Shown piece by piece: positions 17,406 through 21,567 of a DNA stretch of 21,567 bases. This DNA comes from Candidatus Parvarchaeum sp. (GTDB taxonomy: Archaea > Nanobdellota > Nanobdellia > Parvarchaeales > Parvarchaeaceae). The stretch's first letter is position 1, and the number at the start of each line of letters is the position of its first letter. The notes beneath the pieces were generated by a model that saw only the letters and a program-made list of their open reading frames with translations, had not been told where the DNA came from and searched no databases. The position numbers and the translations under genes were made by a program. The stretch is taken from the NCBI GenBank assembly GCA_049965555.1, contig JBMFWF010000011.1, positions 2,085-23,651 on the forward strand, written 5' to 3'.

Positions 17406-19457
17406 ATGAATATTAAAAGGTTTTTTGAACCAGAAAGCATAGCAGTAATCGGTGCGTCAAGAGATCCCAATAAAGTCGGCAGCGCTGTTCTAAAAAACTT
17501 GATAATAACTTTTCGAGGTAAAATATTCCCAATAAATCCTTTTGTCGATGAATTGCAGGGATTGAAAGCCTATAAATCAGTAATTAATGTAAAGGAAAAG
17601 ATAGACATAGCAGTTATTGCAGTTCCGGCAGAGATGGTTTTAGGCATATTAAAAGAGTGCGAAAAAGCAAAGATACCTTTAGCAGTTATACTCAGTGCCG
17701 GATTCAATGAAATAGGCGGAGAAGGAACAAAAAGAGAGGAAGAAATAAAGAAGTTTCTATCGAAGGCAAAGATAAGAATAATAGGGCCGAATTGCCTGGG
17801 TATAATAAATACTGATCCAAATTTCAATGCTACATTCCTTGATCCGAATTCAAAGGTAATAAAGGGCCATGCTGGTTTCATATCACAAAGCGGTGCATTG
17901 TTAAGTGCGGTAGTCGATGATGCATCTACAAACAACATCGGCTTCAGCAAGATAATAAGCATAGGCAATGCTACAGACATAAGCGAAGCAGATATCATAG
18001 AAAGCTTCAAGACAGATGAAAAGACGAAGGTTTTAGCGCTTTATCTTGAAGGATTAAACAATGGAAAAGAATTTCTAAAAGCAGGCCAGTCGTTTTCACA
18101 GGAAAAGCCGCTGTTGATACTGAAAGGAGGAAAGTTTAAGTCTACATCTACAGCAGTTTCTTCTCATACGGGTTCCATGGCAGGTGACTATAAAGCTTAT
18201 GAGCTTGCCTTCAAAAGAATAGGTGCGATTTCTGTAGAAAACATAGATGACCTATTCAATTTCATGAGAGATGCTCCAAACATAAAGGTAAATTCAGATG
18301 AAGTTATAATAGCAACGAATGCTGGCGGAGCAGGAGTAGTCACAACTGATCATATATACAGCAGTGGTTTGAAACTTGCAAAGTTCAACGATAAGCTTTT
18401 GAATGAGTTAGCTAAAGCCCTTCCTAAAGAGGCAAATATACATAATCCTGTTGATATGGTCGGGGATGCAACACCTGAGAGGTATAGAGATACTTTGGAG
18501 ATACTGGTGCAGATGAATAAACCTATAATAATACTATTTTCGCCGCAGGAGATGTCTCAACCATTAGAAACAGCAAAACAAATATACGAGACACACTTAA
18601 GACATCCATCAGTGCCATTTCTTTCTGTTTTCCTGGGAGGTGCAAGGGTGGAAAAAGCAAGAAGGTTCCTCCTTGAGAGAAATATGCCTATATATGAGTA
18701 TCCAAATGAGGCAGTATTTATGATTAAAGGGCTTTTCACATATTATTCACACCGTGCGCAGACATTTAAAATGATAAGTAAAGAAAAGGCTAAATACAGA
18801 GACCTTAAAATAAAAACGGATGTTTTTGGGATGGATGCAAAGAAGATCTTTGATTCAATTGGAATAAAAAGTGCAGAAGGGGTAAAGTTTACTTCCTACA
18901 AAGATCTGGATAAAAATGTGGAAAAAATAGGCTATCCTTGTGTTTTAAAGATAGAATCAAACTTTCTTGCCCATAAAAACAAAGTAGGTGCTGTTATAGT
19001 TGGCATAAAAGACAGGAAAGGACTTGAGGATTCATTCACTAAACTTTCAAAGATAGCGAAGGACCAGAAGATAAATAAGGCTGCATTTGGCATTTATGAA
19101 GATGTTAGCAAATTCGGCGAGGACAGAATGGAAGTGTTAGTGGGCGCCCATAGGGATCCGCAGTTTGGGCCAATGATCGCAGTAGGCTTGGGTGGAATAT
19201 TCGCTAATGAACTCAATGAAACTACTTTTCTTTTATCGCCGATTTCAGATCAGGATATAGACGAATTAAAAACTTCAAAGATAGGCAGAGTAATAAGCGA
19301 ATTTACAAATGAAAGCACTTTTAACGAATTAATAGGATATCTCTTTAAATTGGATAAATTTATGTCTGCAAACAGCAATGTAAAGGATATAGACTTGAAC
19401 CCAATAATACTTCTAAAGGACAAGTTGTTTGCGACAGATTTTAAGATATTCATTTAA
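17406..19457 (+). CDS. acdAB: Acetate/acyl-CoA ligase (ADP-forming), fused alpha-beta subunits
   Basis: CoA-binding FFEPESIAVIGASRDPNKVG, RIIGPNCLG, FISQSGAL, phospho-His SSHTGSMAG, TNAGGAGV, HNPVDMVGDA, then ATP-grasp beta part GYPCVLKI...AHKNKVGAV, RDPQFGPMIAVGLGG, DIDLNP. There is no C-terminal GNAT domain. Confidence 0.93.
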   Translation: MNIKRFFEPESIAVIGASRDPNKVGSAVLKNLIITFRGKIFPINPFVDELQGLKAYKSVINVKEKIDIAVIAVPAEMVLGILKECEKAKIPLAVILSAGFNEIGGEGTKREEEIKKFLSKAKIRIIGPNCLGIINTDPNFNATFLDPNSKVIKGHAGFISQSGALLSAVVDDASTNNIGFSKIISIGNATDISEADIIESFKTDEKTKVLALYLEGLNNGKEFLKAGQSFSQEKPLLILKGGKFKSTSTAVSSHTGSMAGDYKAYELAFKRIGAISVENIDDLFNFMRDAPNIKVNSDEVIIATNAGGAGVVTTDHIYSSGLKLAKFNDKLLNELAKALPKEANIHNPVDMVGDATPERYRDTLEILVQMNKPIIILFSPQEMSQPLETAKQIYETHLRHPSVPFLSVFLGGARVEKARRFLLERNMPIYEYPNEAVFMIKGLFTYYSHRAQTFKMISKEKAKYRDLKIKTDVFGMDAKKIFDSIGIKSAEGVKFTSYKDLDKNVEKIGYPCVLKIESNFLAHKNKVGAVIVGIKDRKGLEDSFTKLSKIAKDQKINKAAFGIYEDVSKFGEDRMEVLVGAHRDPQFGPMIAVGLGGIFANELNETTFLLSPISDQDIDELKTSKIGRVISEFTNESTFNELIGYLFKLDKFMSANSNVKDIDLNPIILLKDKLFATDFKIFI

Positions 19458-19509
19458 AAAGCTTTCCATAATTTAAAACTATTTAAGCTAAAAAACACTA
19501 ACTTAAATT

Positions 19510-19788
19510 ATGGCTTTAAAATTAAAAAGTATAGGTTCAACTTACGGTTTAAAGGTATACACTGACAACGGAACTTACTTTGGAGAAATAGAAGAAGCGA
19601 TTCTTCAAGACAACAGGATAGTCAGCTGGAGAATAAGGGCCAGCTCTTCATCCAACCTGTCAAAAATGATAAAAGGAGCTAAAGGCGCGATAATACAGCA
19701 TAGCTTGGTAAGAGCGATAGGGGATATCTTCATAATATCAAACATAGTGACTTCACAATCGGAACCTGAAACATCAGAAGCAGAATAA
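19510..19788 (+). CDS. PRC-barrel domain protein (possibly CdpB-type cell division protein)
   Basis: GLKVYTDNGTYFGEIEEAIL...GAIIQHSLVRAIGDIFII matches the archaeal single-domain PRC-barrel pattern; 92 aa with an acidic tail. Confidence 0.85.
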   Translation: MALKLKSIGSTYGLKVYTDNGTYFGEIEEAILQDNRIVSWRIRASSSSNLSKMIKGAKGAIIQHSLVRAIGDIFIISNIVTSQSEPETSEAE

Positions 19789-19811
19789 GCTTTTAAATTG
19801 GGAAAAGCTTA
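19786..19811. repeat. 9-bp perfect inverted repeat between the PRC-barrel gene and lonB
   Basis: TAAGCTTTT (19786-19794), 8-nt spacer, AAAAGCTTA (19803-19811). Confidence 0.6.
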
Positions 19812-19843
19812 ACTTTAAGTTTTAATAGAAAGTAATATTGTTT

Positions 19844-21567
19844 ATGGATAATAACTTCAGTATCTCTTTTAAGACTACAGATGATATAAAGATACCTCCG
19901 AAGATAGTCGATCAAGTAATCGGTCAGGAGGCAGCTGTTGAAATAATAAAGAAGGCAGCAATACAAAGAAGAAATGTTCTCTTAGTCGGAGCACCGGGTA
20001 CAGGTAAAAGTATGCTGGGCCAGGCTTTATCTCAGTTGTTACCTGCTGAGAAGTTGGTAGACATACTTGCATTCCCAAATCCAAAAGATGAAAATGAGCC
20101 TACTATAAAGACTGTGCCTGCAGGCGAGGGAAAAAGGATAGTCAATCAAGCGAAAGCCAGGAACATGTCCGCATTGGGCGGCGGCAACAACATGATAGTC
20201 TTTTTGGGCTTTATAGTGGCTTTCTTCATAGCTACATATGTTGTTAGTATTCTAGTCTCCAATCAAAGAAATCCGATACTTGCGGCTGCAAATCAAATCT
20301 CCGGCACACTTTTCATAATAACAATGCTTATAGGTTTCCTGTTCGTCCTTTTAATGTATAGGCTTGGAAGGACTTCATTAAAGGCCAATGTTCCAACGCC
20401 TAAATTACTGCTAGACAATTCGAGTGCAAAGTACGCTCCTTTTATAGATGCAACTGGTGCAAAGGAAGGAGCATTACTTGGAGATGTTCAGCATGATCCA
20501 TTCCAATCCGGAGGGTTAGGTACTCCAGCGCATGAAAGGGTGGTTCTTGGCGATATACACAAAGCTAATGGAGGAGTTCTTTTCATAGATGAAATAGCGA
20601 ATCTTTCACCGGAAACCCAGATTCAATTGCTTACTGCAATGCAGGAAAAGAAATTAAGCATTACTGGAAGAAGCGAAAGAAGCGCAGGAGCGATGGTAAA
20701 AACCAATCCTGTACCATGCGATTTCATACTTGTGGGAGCTGGCAACCCAAATACACTCAGTGAGATGAGCCCCGCTTTGCGTTCAAGAATAAGAGGTTAT
20801 GGTTACGAGATTTATATGAATGAAACAATGCCTGATACTATAGAGAATAGAGATAAGATAGCAAGGTTTGTCGCGCAGGAGATTAGCAAGGACACTAAAA
20901 TACCTCCTTTTTCAAGGGATGCAGTGGTTGAAATATTAAATGAAGCGAGAAGAAAATCAAATAGAAAAGAATCGTTGACTTTGAAGTTAAGAGAATTGGG
21001 AGGAGTGATAAGAGTTGCGGGAGATATCGCTGTAGAAAACAAACATTCAATTGTAACAAGGGATGATGTGCTGAAAGCAAAGAACTATGCAGGTTCATTC
21101 GAGCAGCAGATTGCTGCAAGGTACATAAAGGAGAAGAAAGACTACGATGTTATACAAGTAAGTGGATCCAGGGTAGGCAGGGTAAATGGTTTGGCTGTAA
21201 TAGAAAATTCTGATTCAGGATTGATGCTGCCAATTGAAGCCATAGTTACCAAAAGCATGAGGAAAGGATCTGGAGAGATAATAGCTACCGGAAAACTCGG
21301 AGAGATAGCGCAGGAAGCAGTCAAGAACGTATCTGCAATCGTTAAGTTGTATGCAAACAAGCCTTTAACAGATTATGATATACACATACAGTTTTTACAG
21401 GCTTATTCAGGCGTTGAGGGAGACAGTGCAAGCGTAAGCGTTGCAGTTAGCATTCTCTCTGCTCTCACTAACATACCTATAAAGCAATCTGTTGCAATGA
21501 CCGGTTCATTGTCAATATGGGGAGAGGTTCTTCCCGTCGGCGGTGTTTCAGCAAAGGTTGAAGCTGC
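19844..21567 (+). CDS. lonB: ATP-dependent protease LonB (archaeal, membrane-anchored), 3'-truncated; not in the supplied ORF track
   Basis: Translated by hand: [29 protein letters not shown], Walker A GAPGTGKS, two TM helices, [21 protein letters not shown], Walker [18 protein letters not shown], catalytic GVEGDSAS (Ser codon 21425) and PVGGVSAK (Lys codon 21554, 43 residues after the Ser). No stop occurs before the window end. Confidence 0.97.
   Translation, partial: MDNNFSISFKTTDDIKIPPKIVDQVIGQEAAVEIIKKAAIQRRNVLLVGAPGTGKSMLGQALSQLLPAEKLVDILAFPNPKDENEPTIKTVPAGEGKRIVNQAKARNMSALGGGNNMIVFLGFIVAFFIATYVVSILVSNQRNPILAAANQISGTLFIITMLIGFLFVLLMYRLGRTSLKANVPTPKLLLDNSSAKYAPFIDATGAKEGALLGDVQHDPFQSGGLGTPAHERVVLGDIHKANGGVLFIDEIANLSPETQIQLLTAMQEKKLSITGRSERSAGAMVKTNPVPCDFILVGAGNPNTLSEMSPALRSRIRGYGYEIYMNETMPDTIENRDKIARFVAQEISKDTKIPPFSRDAVVEILNEARRKSNRKESLTLKLRELGGVIRVAGDIAVENKHSIVTRDDVLKAKNYAGSFEQQIAARYIKEKKDYDVIQVSGSRVGRVNGLAVIENSDSGLMLPIEAIVTKSMRKGSGEIIATGKLGEIAQEAVKNVSAIVKLYANKPLTDYDIHIQFLQAYSGVEGDSASVSVAVSILSALTNIPIKQSVAMTGSLSIWGEVLPVGGVSAKVEA

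Noticed and set aside
17406-19457. Protein lysine acetyltransferase (Pat/YfiQ) assignment
   Set aside because: There is no GNAT domain and the catalytic His (SHTG) is retained, which is consistent with ADP-forming acyl-CoA synthetase.
707-21360. All short minus-strand ORFs in the track (60-146 aa)
   Set aside because: Each lies antisense within a long, well-supported + strand gene, including the unlisted lonB, and none shows a recognisable motif. They are shadow ORFs.
19844-21567. Intein in LonB (a known intein host in archaea)
   Set aside because: The hand translation is collinear with intein-free LonB. The only insertion after Walker A is the normal two-TM segment.

Overview
AT-rich archaeal genomic window with all credible genes on the + strand. 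The gene content (archaeal class III signal peptides, membrane-anchored LonB, fused ADP-forming acyl-CoA synthetase, PRC-barrel protein, CCA-less tRNA) and the charge-poor Ser/Thr/Asn-rich surface proteins fit an acidophilic DPANN archaeon such as Parvarchaeales/ARMAN. This taxonomy is an inference. Bases 1-16269 form a tightly packed cluster of six predicted membrane-anchored or secreted proteins with no recognisable enzyme. Two have clear type IV pilin-like (class III) signal peptides (KKG|Q, TKG|Q), one has a pilin-like N-terminal helix without a leader, one is a 3008-aa Cys-rich giant ending in six ~75-105 aa repeats, and the last is a PsbP/Mog1-like protein. This cluster is the best candidate for an undescribed system: a pilin-based giant-adhesin or host-attachment apparatus. 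Bases 16279-21567 are housekeeping: adenosine-specific kinase family protein, tRNA(CAT), Holliday junction resolvase-like endonuclease, acetate-CoA ligase (ADP-forming), PRC-barrel protein, and LonB protease (absent from the ORF track and truncated by the window end). All domain calls come from motif recognition by eye, not from searches.
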